NCBI GenBank assembly: GCA_963814345.1
Contig: CAWFCT010000022.1
Location: 171,693-235,692 of the forward strand
Direction: 5' to 3'
Length of the DNA stretch: 64,000 bases
From: an uncultured Gemmatimonadaceae bacterium
Lineage (GTDB): Bacteria; Gemmatimonadota; Gemmatimonadetes; Gemmatimonadales; Gemmatimonadaceae
Shown one piece after another: positions 17,266 through 25,998 of this stretch. The notes beneath the pieces are model-generated. The model ran no database searches. It had not been told where the DNA came from and saw nothing but the letters and a program-made list of their open reading frames with translations. The translations under genes were made by a program, and so were the position numbers. The first letter of the stretch is position 1. Each line of letters starts with the position of its first letter.

Positions 17266-19224
17266 GTGTCGTTGGACACCCGGATGCGGTTCGAGCACTT
17301 CGAGGCGGGCGCGGCCAATCACGAGGCCGTGTCCGCGGGGCGCGCCGTCGCCCGATCGCCGGGGCAGAAGCACAACCCGCTCACCTTCTTCGGGGTAACG
17401 GGAGTCGGCAAGACGCATCTGATGCAGGCCATCGGCCATGCCGTGGTGGAGGCCCAGCCGGCGCTGCGCGTGGAGTATCAGACGGCGGACGAATTCGCGA
17501 AGCAGCTCCACGCCGCCGTCGCCGCCAGCCAGACCGACGAGTACATCCGGGGATGGGCGCGGGTGGACGTCCTGCTGCTGGATGACATTCAGGGGCTCGC
17601 CGACCAGCGTGAGGCGCAGTCGGAACTGCTGCGGCTACTCGAGGCGATGCAGAGCATGGAGCGCCAGGTGGTGATGACCTGCGATCGTCCGCCGGCCGAG
17701 ATCGCCGGGTTCGATCCCGCCCTGGTCTCGCGGATCGCCGGCGGCCGGATCGTGGAGATCGGCGCGCCCGACGCCGCGACGCGCGTGGCGATTCTCCGGG
17801 CGCGGTGCCGGGAGCGGGACGTGATCCTGGAGCCGGGCGTGGTGGAGGAGATCGGGCGCATCGAGACCGGCAACGTGCGCGAGCTGCACGGACTGCTCCA
17901 TCGCATCGTCGACTTCCAGTCGCTGGGCGACGAGCCGGTGCACGCCGACGACGTGCTGACTCTGCTCGACCACGCGCCCGAAGCGCGGGCGGCAGCGGGC
18001 GACTCGGCGCCGTCCGCGGCCACGGGTGCCCTCGATTTCGAGAGCTTCCTCACCGACATCGCGAGCGCCGTGACGGCGCACGTCGAAGGGTGGAAGTCGC
18101 ACGTGGCCGAGGCCGTGGCGGGGTGGCAGTCGGCGGGGTACCGCACCAAGGCGCTGGAGCGGTTGTTGGACGAACCGTCGCCCCCGCCCAACTACGAGGC
18201 CGTGCTGCGCGGCTTCGGCGCCACGGTTCGCCGGCTCAAGGAGCTGGAGTCCGAAGCCGTCGAGGCCGATCCGTCGGTGGCCGGCCACGACGTGTTCCGC
18301 GACCCCGAGCGCATGCGCGAAGCCGAGGCCATGGTGCAGCGTGCGCGGGCGGGCGCCGTGGACCTGCCCGGCCCCTCGGTGGAGTTCTCGCGCGCCGGGT
18401 TGGAGGTCGGCAAGTCGAATCAGGCGGCCGTGCGTGCGGCCGACGCCGTGGCGGCCGAACCGGGCAGCCGGTACAACCCCCTCGTCATCATCGGTCCCGA
18501 GGGGACGGGAAAGACGCACCTGCTCAACGCGCTGGGGCACGAACTGGTGAACGCCAGTGGAGGCGCGACCGTGGTGGCGTGCGTGACCGGCCAGCAGTTC
18601 GCCGACGAGTTCATCGCCGCCCTGCGCGACGGGACGCTCAACCAGTGGCGCCGGCGGTACCGGCGCGTGGACGCGCTGCTGATGGACGACCTCCAGGCGG
18701 TGGCCGGCAAGGAGCGCACCCAGGACGAGGTGTTCGAACTGTTCGGTGACCTGCTCGACGCCGGCAAGCAGATCGCGTGCACCGCGGCGCAGTTGCCCCG
18801 GGACATGACCGGCCTCGACGAGCGGCTCCGCGTGCGGTTCGAGGGTGGGCTCGTGGTGGAGTTGGCGCCGCCGGACGTCGCGATGCGCGAGCAGTTGTAC
18901 CGGCGGTTCCTGGACGGGGTGGCGGCCGATCAACTCGACCCGCTGGCGCGCTATCTCGCGTCCCGGCCCGCCGCGGGCGTGCCCGACATCATCGACACGA
19001 TCCATCGCCTGTCCGTATCGGCCGATGCGGTGGGGGCGCCGCTGTCGTTGGACGTGGCGCGGCGGGAACTCGAGGGGCCGGAGCCCGTGGCCGCCCCGAT
19101 GCCGACGCCGGCGAGCGCCGCCCCGGTGGTGCGGGCGGCCAGTGACATGTTCTTCCTCGACGACGAGAAAGTGGTCTGGGAGTTGCGCGACGTCGCGTCG
19201 CGCGTGGTCGAGGAGCTGGGCTAG
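17266..19224 (+). CDS. Protein with two tandem DnaA/Hda-type AAA+ ATPase modules and no DnaA domain IV
   Basis: Module 1 (aa ~8-215): F.HFEAG.AN, NPLTFFGVTGVGKTHLMQAIG, VLLLDDIQ, TCDRPP, NVRELHG. Module 2 (aa ~375-560): NPLVIIGPEGTGKTHLLNALG, ALLMDDLQAVAGKERTQDEVF, GKQIACTAAQLP, LRVRFEGGLVVEL. No DnaA-box-binding helix-turn-helix is present. GTG start at 17266. Confidence 0.8.
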   Translation: MSLDTRMRFEHFEAGAANHEAVSAGRAVARSPGQKHNPLTFFGVTGVGKTHLMQAIGHAVVEAQPALRVEYQTADEFAKQLHAAVAASQTDEYIRGWARVDVLLLDDIQGLADQREAQSELLRLLEAMQSMERQVVMTCDRPPAEIAGFDPALVSRIAGGRIVEIGAPDAATRVAILRARCRERDVILEPGVVEEIGRIETGNVRELHGLLHRIVDFQSLGDEPVHADDVLTLLDHAPEARAAAGDSAPSAATGALDFESFLTDIASAVTAHVEGWKSHVAEAVAGWQSAGYRTKALERLLDEPSPPPNYEAVLRGFGATVRRLKELESEAVEADPSVAGHDVFRDPERMREAEAMVQRARAGAVDLPGPSVEFSRAGLEVGKSNQAAVRAADAVAAEPGSRYNPLVIIGPEGTGKTHLLNALGHELVNASGGATVVACVTGQQFADEFIAALRDGTLNQWRRRYRRVDALLMDDLQAVAGKERTQDEVFELFGDLLDAGKQIACTAAQLPRDMTGLDERLRVRFEGGLVVELAPPDVAMREQLYRRFLDGVAADQLDPLARYLASRPAAGVPDIIDTIHRLSVSADAVGAPLSLDVARRELEGPEPVAAPMPTPASAAPVVRAASDMFFLDDEKVVWELRDVASRVVEELG

Positions 19225-19225
19225 C

Positions 19226-20842
19226 ATGGCCATCAAGGGCAGCTTGAAGGAGGCCAGCCTCCCCGACGTGCTCCAACTCCTGGCGATGGGCCGGAAGACC
19301 GGATGCCTGAGCGTCAACCACCGGACGAATTTCGGCTACATCTATTTCGACAAGGGGCGCATCTCGTACGCGTCGATCGTGAACCGGCGCGACCGCTTGG
19401 GCGACATGCTGGTGAAGAACGGCATCATCTCCGCCGAGCAGCTCAAGTCGGCCATCGAGGCGCAGGATCAGGAGCGCGAGCGGCGCATCGGCGAGCTGCT
19501 GGTGGAGATGGGCTTCCTGTCGCGCGACGCGCTGCGCCAGCACATCCGCGAGCAGATCGAGGAGGCGGTGTACTTCCTGTTCACCTGGAATCAGGGCTCG
19601 TTCAACTTCGAGGCCGACGTCCAGCCGGACGAGCAGGAATTCCTGGTGTCGATCAATCCCGAGTCGCTGCTGCTCGAGGGCGCGCGACGCGTGGACGAGT
19701 GGACGCTCGTCGAGAAGAAGATCCCCACGTTCGACATCGTGTTCGAGGTCGACCGGCCGAAGATCCTGGCCAGCGACCTCGATCTGACGCCGGAGCAGCG
19801 GGGGCTGCTGGAGCTGGTCGACGGCCGGCGCGACGTGCAGCAGATCATCGACGCCTCGGGCATGGGCGAGTTCGAAGTGGGGAAGGTGCTGTACGGCCTC
19901 GCCACCACCGGATTTCTGCACCGCATCGGCACGTCGAAGGCGGGCGACGCCCAGGTGTCGGAAGCCCGGGTACAGGAGCATTACAACCTCGGCGTCGCGT
20001 TCTACAAGACGGGGATGTTCGACGAAGCGGTGCGCGAGTTCCGGCGCGTGATGGACCTCAAGCCCAACGATCCCTCGGCGCAGTTCTACCTCGGGCTCGT
20101 GCAGCTGCGCCAGGAACGGTGGCACGATGCGCTGGCGACGTTCGAGGCCGCGGTAGCGCGCCCCGGCGCCACCGCTGCGGTGTATCACAACCTCGCGTAC
20201 GCGCTCGAACGGTTGGGGCGCCTGGCCGAGGCGCAGCGGGCGCTGCAGGAGGCGTCGGCCCGCAGCCACGGGGCGAGCCCGCAGATCGAAACCTCGATCG
20301 GCATCGTCGCCCTACGCTCCGGCGACCTGGCGGCGGCCGATGAGGCGCTGACGGCCGCGCGCCCGTTGTGGTCCCGGGCACCGTCATCGGCCTGGTATCA
20401 CTACGCGGCACTCACGGCGGCCCTGCTCGGCGACCTCGCGCGGGCGCAGACCATTCTCGACGAAGCCGTGGGCGCGCATCCGCACAGCGCCGTGCTCTAC
20501 AACAATCTTGCCGTGGTGCGCGAACGCCAGAACGCCGGTGAGGCGGCGGCGGCGGCGCTCGACCGGGCGCTGTCGGAGGATCCCTCCGTGCCGCAGGTGC
20601 ACAAGAACCTCGGCGACGTGGCCTACCGCGCCGGGCGGTTCGACGAGGCGCTCGAGTCGTACCAGCGCGCCGTCAAAGCGAAGCCGGATCTCGGGGACGA
20701 CGTCTACCTCAAGCTCGGCAACATCAAGTTCCGCCAACAGCAGAAGGAGGAGGCGCTGCGGCTCTGGCAGCGCGCGCTCGAACTCGATCCGACCAACGCC
20801 ATCGTGCGTACCAACCTCGACGCCGTGCGGCAGGCGCTCTGA
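19226..20842 (+). CDS. PATAN (DUF4388) domain protein with long C-terminal TPR region (second paralog)
   Basis: I chose the ATG at 19226. The N-terminus GSLKEASLPDVLQLLAMGRKTGCLSV...GYIYFDKGRISYA is the PATAN signature. TPR repeats run from about aa 250 to the end. The ORF-track start at 18845 overlaps the upstream gene. Confidence 0.78.
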   Translation: MAIKGSLKEASLPDVLQLLAMGRKTGCLSVNHRTNFGYIYFDKGRISYASIVNRRDRLGDMLVKNGIISAEQLKSAIEAQDQERERRIGELLVEMGFLSRDALRQHIREQIEEAVYFLFTWNQGSFNFEADVQPDEQEFLVSINPESLLLEGARRVDEWTLVEKKIPTFDIVFEVDRPKILASDLDLTPEQRGLLELVDGRRDVQQIIDASGMGEFEVGKVLYGLATTGFLHRIGTSKAGDAQVSEARVQEHYNLGVAFYKTGMFDEAVREFRRVMDLKPNDPSAQFYLGLVQLRQERWHDALATFEAAVARPGATAAVYHNLAYALERLGRLAEAQRALQEASARSHGASPQIETSIGIVALRSGDLAAADEALTAARPLWSRAPSSAWYHYAALTAALLGDLARAQTILDEAVGAHPHSAVLYNNLAVVRERQNAGEAAAAALDRALSEDPSVPQVHKNLGDVAYRAGRFDEALESYQRAVKAKPDLGDDVYLKLGNIKFRQQQKEEALRLWQRALELDPTNAIVRTNLDAVRQAL

Positions 20843-21666
20843 TGACGATCGCCGAGCCGCAGGACGAGGAGTTTCAGGCGCTGCTCGACAAGATCTCGCG
20901 CGATCGCGGCTTCCACTGCGCCAGCTACAAGGCGACCTGCCTGCGCCGCCGGGTCGGGGTGCGCATGCGGGCACGCGGGCTGCACCGCTACGTGGATTAC
21001 GCGGGTCTGCTCGACGCCGACCTGGGGGAATACGACCTGCTGCTCGATGCGTTGACGATCAACGTCACGAAGCTGTTCCGGAACCCCGAGGTGTACCACG
21101 CCATGCTGCGCGACGTGGTCCCCGCGGTGTGGGCAGCGGCCCCGTCCCGCATTCGCGTGTGGAGCGCCGGGTGCGCGTCGGGCGAGGAGCCGTATTCGCT
21201 GGCCGCCCTGTTCCACCTGCACGCGGCGGCGCGGGGCGAACTCCACCGCCTGCCGCGCGTGGAGATTCTGGGCACCGACATCGACCGTCGCAGTCTCGTG
21301 GCGGCCGAGCGCGGCGAGTTCGAGGAGCGCGATTTCAGCGAGACACCCGAGGCCTGGCGGTCGGCCTATTTCGCGCCCGCGGCGCCGTTCACGGTGGTCC
21401 CCGAGTTGCGCCGGCTGGTGAAGTTCCGGCAACATGATCTGTTGCGCGAGCCCCCGCCGCAGGGCGGGCACGACTTGATCGTGTGCCGAAATGCGATCAT
21501 CTACTTCGATCGGGCGTCGCAGGAGCGGCTGTTCGAATCCTTCTACTCGGCGTTGGCCCCCGGAGGGTTCCTGGTACTCGGTAAGGTGGAAACGCTTTTC
21601 GGTCGTGCGCGGCAGTTGTTCCGCCCCGTAGACGCCCGCGAACGGATCTTCGTGCGCCCCGCATGA
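20842..21666 (+). CDS. cheR: CheR chemotaxis protein methyltransferase
   Basis: N-terminal CheR helical domain (YKATCLRRRVGVRMR) plus a SAM-binding domain (RVWSAGCASGEEPYSLA, ILGTDID, DLIVCRNAIIYF). Confidence 0.9.
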   Translation: MTIAEPQDEEFQALLDKISRDRGFHCASYKATCLRRRVGVRMRARGLHRYVDYAGLLDADLGEYDLLLDALTINVTKLFRNPEVYHAMLRDVVPAVWAAAPSRIRVWSAGCASGEEPYSLAALFHLHAAARGELHRLPRVEILGTDIDRRSLVAAERGEFEERDFSETPEAWRSAYFAPAAPFTVVPELRRLVKFRQHDLLREPPPQGGHDLIVCRNAIIYFDRASQERLFESFYSALAPGGFLVLGKVETLFGRARQLFRPVDARERIFVRPA

Positions 21667-22145
21667 GCGAACAACGGGTCGGGATCGCCGATCTCGCGGT
21701 CGCCGCGGGGGAGGGAACGCTCTGCACGCTCGGGCTCGGCTCCTGCGTCGCGATCGTGCTCTACGACGCGGTGGTGCGGGTGGGCGGGCTGGCGCACGTC
21801 CTGTTGCCCGAACCGGCCATGTCGCGCCTGCACGACAACCCGGCGCGCTTCCCGGAGACCGCCGTGCCCGCCCTCGTCGCGCGGATGCGGGAGCTCGGCG
21901 CCGACCCGGCCCGGATGACGGCCCGCCTCGTCGGCGGGGCCAGCATGTTCTCCAGCCTGCTGCCCCGCGGCGCGCCGACGATCGGCGGGCGAAACGTGGA
22001 TGCCTCGCGGCAGGCGCTGCAGCGAGCCGGCATCACGATCGCGGGCGAGGACGTGGGCATGGAGCATGGGCGCAGCGTCTACCTGCACATCGCCGACGGC
22101 CAGGTCGAAGTGCGCTCGCTCGCGCGAGGGAGTCGTGTCCTCTAA
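21663..22145 (+). CDS. cheD: CheD chemoreceptor glutamine deamidase
   Basis: 160 aa. The GLGSCVAIVLYD motif contains the catalytic Cys. ATGA overlap with cheR. Confidence 0.85.
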   Translation: MSEQRVGIADLAVAAGEGTLCTLGLGSCVAIVLYDAVVRVGGLAHVLLPEPAMSRLHDNPARFPETAVPALVARMRELGADPARMTARLVGGASMFSSLLPRGAPTIGGRNVDASRQALQRAGITIAGEDVGMEHGRSVYLHIADGQVEVRSLARGSRVL

Positions 22146-23202
22146 GCCCTCCGTCCTGGTGGTGGACGATAGCGCGCTCATGCGGCGCGTGATCGCAGAG
22201 CTGGTCACCGAATCGGAGGAGTTCACCGTGGTCGGCGTGGCGCGCAACGGGCGGGAGGCGATTGCGCGCGTGCAGGCGCTCAACCCCGACCTCGTGACAC
22301 TCGACATCGAGATGCCGGAGATGGACGGGCTGCAGGCGCTGGCGCAGATCATGCGCGATGCCCCCCGCCCGGTGGTGATGCTGAGCGGGGCCGAGACCAT
22401 GGATGGGCGCGACGCCGCGCTACGCGCGCTCGAACTCGGCGCCGTGGACTTCGTGCGCAAGCCGTCGGGCCCGATCAGTCTGGACCTCGCCGTCGTGGGC
22501 GAGCGGTTGCGCGGCGCGCTCCGAGCCGCCGCGCAGGCGAACCTGCGCGGCCTGCAGACGCCGGTGCGAAGCCCCGGGGCGCCCCGCCGTGGGCCAGGCC
22601 GGCCGGCGGCGTCCCGCCCCACGCGCGCCGTGGCGATCGCGGCCTCGACCGGCGGCCCGCGCGCCCTCACGCAGGTCCTGCCGGGGCTGCCGGCTGCGCT
22701 CGACGCCGCGGTGTTCGTGGTGCAACACATGCCCGCTGGATTCACGCGCAGCCTGGCGCAGCGGCTCGACGCGATGGGGCCGCTGCCCGTGCACGAGGCC
22801 GAGGCGGGCCAGGTCGTCCGCAGCGGGCATGTATACGTGGCGCCCGGCGGCAAGCACATGCGCGTGGCCGACGACGCCCAACCGGTGATCGTGCTCGACG
22901 AGACGCCGCCCGTGTGGGGCGTGCGACCGGCCGCCGATCCCCTCTTCCGGTCGGTGGCCGCCGTGTTCGGCGACCGGTGTGTAGGCGTGGTGCTCACCGG
23001 CATGGGACGCGACGGCGCCGACGGGCTGCGGGCCATCCGCGATGCGGGGGGCCGCCGCGTCGTGCAGGACCGGGACAGCTCGATCATCTACGGCATGCCG
23101 CACGCCGCGCTGGAGGCAGCGGGCGCCGACCGCGTGGCGCCGCTGGCGAGCGTCGCGGCCGCTGTCGTCGCGCTGCTCGCCACGGTGGGTGAGCCGGCAT
23201 GA
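22135..23202 (+). CDS. cheB: CheB protein-glutamate methylesterase (REC + esterase)
   Basis: I chose the GTG at 22135, after GAGGGAG. REC domain: VLVVDDSALMR, LVTLDIEMPEMDG. Esterase domain: AIAASTGGP, VVQHMP, VVLTGMGRDG. Confidence 0.9.
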   Translation: MSSKPSVLVVDDSALMRRVIAELVTESEEFTVVGVARNGREAIARVQALNPDLVTLDIEMPEMDGLQALAQIMRDAPRPVVMLSGAETMDGRDAALRALELGAVDFVRKPSGPISLDLAVVGERLRGALRAAAQANLRGLQTPVRSPGAPRRGPGRPAASRPTRAVAIAASTGGPRALTQVLPGLPAALDAAVFVVQHMPAGFTRSLAQRLDAMGPLPVHEAEAGQVVRSGHVYVAPGGKHMRVADDAQPVIVLDETPPVWGVRPAADPLFRSVAAVFGDRCVGVVLTGMGRDGADGLRAIRDAGGRRVVQDRDSSIIYGMPHAALEAAGADRVAPLASVAAAVVALLATVGEPA

Positions 23203-23996
23203 TCGACGAGCACTGGGGCCTGCTACGCAAACCGTTCGCGAACACGCCTGATCCGGCCTTCGTGTACCACTCCCCGGTGTTCGACGAGGGATTCGCCCGC
23301 CTGCTGTACGACGTCACGGATCTGCGAGGGGGCCTGTCGCTGGTCACGGGCGAGATCGGCTGCGGCAAGACAATGCTCGTGGAGGCACTGCGCGCCCGGC
23401 TCGGCGGCACCGCCTACGAGCCCTGGGTCGTGGAATATCCGCGCCTCACCGGCGCCCAGTTGCTGCAGTTCGTCGCCGGAGCGGCCGCGCTGTCCACCCC
23501 GCCCAAGAACAAGCCCGCCCTGGTGGGGGCGCTGCGGGGCCGGCTGGCCGAGCTGCATGCCGCGGGACGGCGTCCCGTGTTGATCGTGGACGAGGCACAG
23601 TTGGCGAGCCCGAGCCTGCTCGAGGAACTGCGGTTACTCACCAACTTCGAGGACCGAACCGACAAGCACCTCCACGTGGTGCTGCTGGGGCAGCCGGAGT
23701 TGCGCGACCGCGTCGTGAAGCGTCCGCAGATCGACCAGCGCGTGAGCCTGCGGTTCCATCTCGATCCGCTCGACGCCGATGACGTGCAGGCGTACGTCCG
23801 GCATCGGCTGCGGGTGGCGGGGGCGATGCACGAGATCTTCACGGCCGAGGCGCTTGTCGCCCTGGCGGCGCGGAGCGGTGGTGTTCCGCGCGTCGTGAAC
23901 AACCTGGCCATGCAGGCGCTGTTCGTTGGGGCGATGCGCGGACTGCCGCGCGTCGACGAGCGACTGATACACGACGTGGCGGACGATCGGCAATGA
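23199..23996 (+). CDS. ExeA/GspA/MshM-like AAA+ ATPase (AAA_22-type)
   Basis: Walker A LVTGEIGCGKTML, Walker B VLIVDEAQL, and the characteristic N-terminus FANTPDPAFVYHSPVFDEGFARL together with LHVVLLGQPEL. ATGA overlaps at both ends. Confidence 0.75.
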   Translation: MIDEHWGLLRKPFANTPDPAFVYHSPVFDEGFARLLYDVTDLRGGLSLVTGEIGCGKTMLVEALRARLGGTAYEPWVVEYPRLTGAQLLQFVAGAAALSTPPKNKPALVGALRGRLAELHAAGRRPVLIVDEAQLASPSLLEELRLLTNFEDRTDKHLHVVLLGQPELRDRVVKRPQIDQRVSLRFHLDPLDADDVQAYVRHRLRVAGAMHEIFTAEALVALAARSGGVPRVVNNLAMQALFVGAMRGLPRVDERLIHDVADDRQ

Positions 23997-24649
23997 AGAC
24001 ACCCACCATCAGCTACCGCGAATGGCTCCACCGGACGCCGACGCCGCCGGCGTCGGTCGCGCCGGTGGTCGAGCCCGGGCAGCCGTCTCCCGAAGCGCCC
24101 GCGCCTCCGGCCGGGGAGCCGGACGCACACCGCGCCGCGCCGGCGGAGGTGGCCGCTCCCACCAGGCCGCGGCCCGAGGCTGCGCCGGCGCCGGTGCCCG
24201 CGGCGGCGTCTGCGGCGAACGCGGTGGAGCATCTGGTGTTCCGGGTGGGGCGCGAGTTGTTCGCGCTGCCACTCGACGTCGTCGAGGAAGTGTTCGACAT
24301 CGACCGCATCCAGCGCATTCCGGAGATGAGCCGCACGATGTTGGGGGTGCTCACGTTGCGCGGCGCCACCGTGCCGCTGTACGCGCCGTCGATTCCGCTG
24401 GGCGTGCCCGATAGCGACCATCGGGCGGCACTCGTCTTCGTTCGGGCGAGAGGGACGGTGGCCCTCGCCGTGGATGATGTGGACGACGTGCTGGAGATCG
24501 CCGGCGACGACGTGCAGCGCCCGCCGCTGGATTTCACCGACGGCCTGCTGTCGGGCGTCACCCGTCGTGGCGCGGACCTCATCGGCGTGCTCGATGCCGA
24601 CGCGCTCATCGCCGCCTGTCGCGCCGAACCGGTGCTGGAGACCGCATGA
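23993..24649 (+). CDS. CheW-like protein with ~70-aa Pro/Ala-rich N-terminal extension
   Basis: The N-terminus is PTPPASVAPVVEPGQPSPEAPAPPAGEP...PRPEAAPAPVP. The CheW fold follows: LVFRVGRELFALPLDVVEEV, MLGVLTLRGATVPLY. Confidence 0.8.
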   Translation: MKTPTISYREWLHRTPTPPASVAPVVEPGQPSPEAPAPPAGEPDAHRAAPAEVAAPTRPRPEAAPAPVPAAASAANAVEHLVFRVGRELFALPLDVVEEVFDIDRIQRIPEMSRTMLGVLTLRGATVPLYAPSIPLGVPDSDHRAALVFVRARGTVALAVDDVDDVLEIAGDDVQRPPLDFTDGLLSGVTRRGADLIGVLDADALIAACRAEPVLETA

Positions 24650-25128
24650 CCAAGCCTCGTATTGCCAAGATCGTCTGGTTCCGCCTTGGTTCGGACTACT
24701 TCGCGGCCGACATCTTTTCGGTGGAGCGTGTGCTGCGCTACCAGCCGCCGACCACGGTGCCCAACGTGCCCGAATGGATCGAAGGGGTGATCGAGTATCA
24801 GGGGCGGGTGGTCCCGGTGGTGAGCCTGCGCCGCCGGTTCCAGCTCCCCGCCGTGCCGGCCACGCCCGAGACCCGCGTGCTGGTCCTCAAGTCGGGCGAT
24901 GAGTGGGTGGGGGTGGTGGTCGACGCCGTGCTCGAAGTCGCCAGCTTCGATGAAGCGTTGCTGTCGCCCCCGCCGCCGCTCTTCCGGGGGCTCGCCGGTG
25001 AATACCTGCGGGGCATCGTCCGCCTGGACGACCGCCTGCTGATCTATCTCGACGTCGACCGTCTGCTGTCGTCCGACGACCGGCTGGCCCTGGAGCGTGC
25101 GACCGGGGAGGCGCTGCCGAATGGCTGA
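24646..25128 (+). CDS. cheW: CheW-like coupling protein
   Basis: Motifs WFRLGSDYFAADIFSVERVL, PEWIEGVIEYQGRVVPVVSLRRRF and VLVLKSGDEWVGVVVDAV. Confidence 0.85.
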   Translation: MTKPRIAKIVWFRLGSDYFAADIFSVERVLRYQPPTTVPNVPEWIEGVIEYQGRVVPVVSLRRRFQLPAVPATPETRVLVLKSGDEWVGVVVDAVLEVASFDEALLSPPPPLFRGLAGEYLRGIVRLDDRLLIYLDVDRLLSSDDRLALERATGEALPNG

Positions 25129-25966
25129 CGGCCCGCTCGGCGGGTACCGGGCACAGTACGCGGCGCTGGACTCGCGGCTCGACGCGCCGAGCGCCGGCGC
25201 CGAGCGCGACGCGCTGAAAGCCGAGATCGTGGCGTTCTTCCGAGAGGTGGAGCGGGACGTCGTCGAACTCACGAAGCTGCGCGACGAGATCAAGACGCTC
25301 GTCGACAAGTGGAAGACGCTGGCCGCGCCATCGCTCGTCCCGCAGTTCGACGCGGCGCGGCCGGTGGTTCACGCCGACCACATCGGGGCCTCCACGTTCA
25401 TCGAGAAGGGTTGGAGCCGGCTGTCGCTGGGCGAGTACGAGGCCGCCGAAGCGGCCCTGCGCAAGGCCATCGAACTCTCGCCCAACGATCCGCAATCCGA
25501 AGCGCTGCTCGGCTGGGCGCTGATGCTTCAGGAGAAGTACGACGACGCGCTGCTGACCTTCCAGCAGGTGCTCATCCGCGAGCCGATGAACGCTCTGGCG
25601 CGCATCAACGTCGGCTATATCTGTCTCAAGAAGCGGATCTTCGGCGAGTCCATCGAACACCTGTCCAAGGCCATCCGGCTGGACAACGACAAGAAGGCGA
25701 CGCTGTACGCGCACTTCTACCTGGGGCTGGTGTATCTGGAGCGCGATATGTTCGAGGACGCCCAGACCTTTTTCCAGAAGACCATCGCGCTGGGACCGAA
25801 CCTGATCGAGGCCTATTACGAGCTGGGACGCGCGTACTGGTTCAATGGCCAGCGTGACGAGGCGATGCAGACGTGGCGCGACGGATTCGCCATGAACAAG
25901 TTCAATCCATGGGGAAAGCGGTGCGCCGAAGTCCTGAAGACGGTGGAGGCGGGCGGGGAGCCATAG
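25121..25966 (+). CDS. TPR-repeat protein
   Basis: I chose the ATG at 25121 (8-nt overlap with cheW). An N-terminal coiled region is followed by TPRs (EAEAALRKAIELSPNDPQSEALLGWALMLQEKYDDALLTFQQVL ...). Confidence 0.7.
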   Translation: MADGPLGGYRAQYAALDSRLDAPSAGAERDALKAEIVAFFREVERDVVELTKLRDEIKTLVDKWKTLAAPSLVPQFDAARPVVHADHIGASTFIEKGWSRLSLGEYEAAEAALRKAIELSPNDPQSEALLGWALMLQEKYDDALLTFQQVLIREPMNALARINVGYICLKKRIFGESIEHLSKAIRLDNDKKATLYAHFYLGLVYLERDMFEDAQTFFQKTIALGPNLIEAYYELGRAYWFNGQRDEAMQTWRDGFAMNKFNPWGKRCAEVLKTVEAGGEP

Positions 25967-25998
25967 CCGGACGGCGCGCCCGACCGGCCGTGCGCGCC

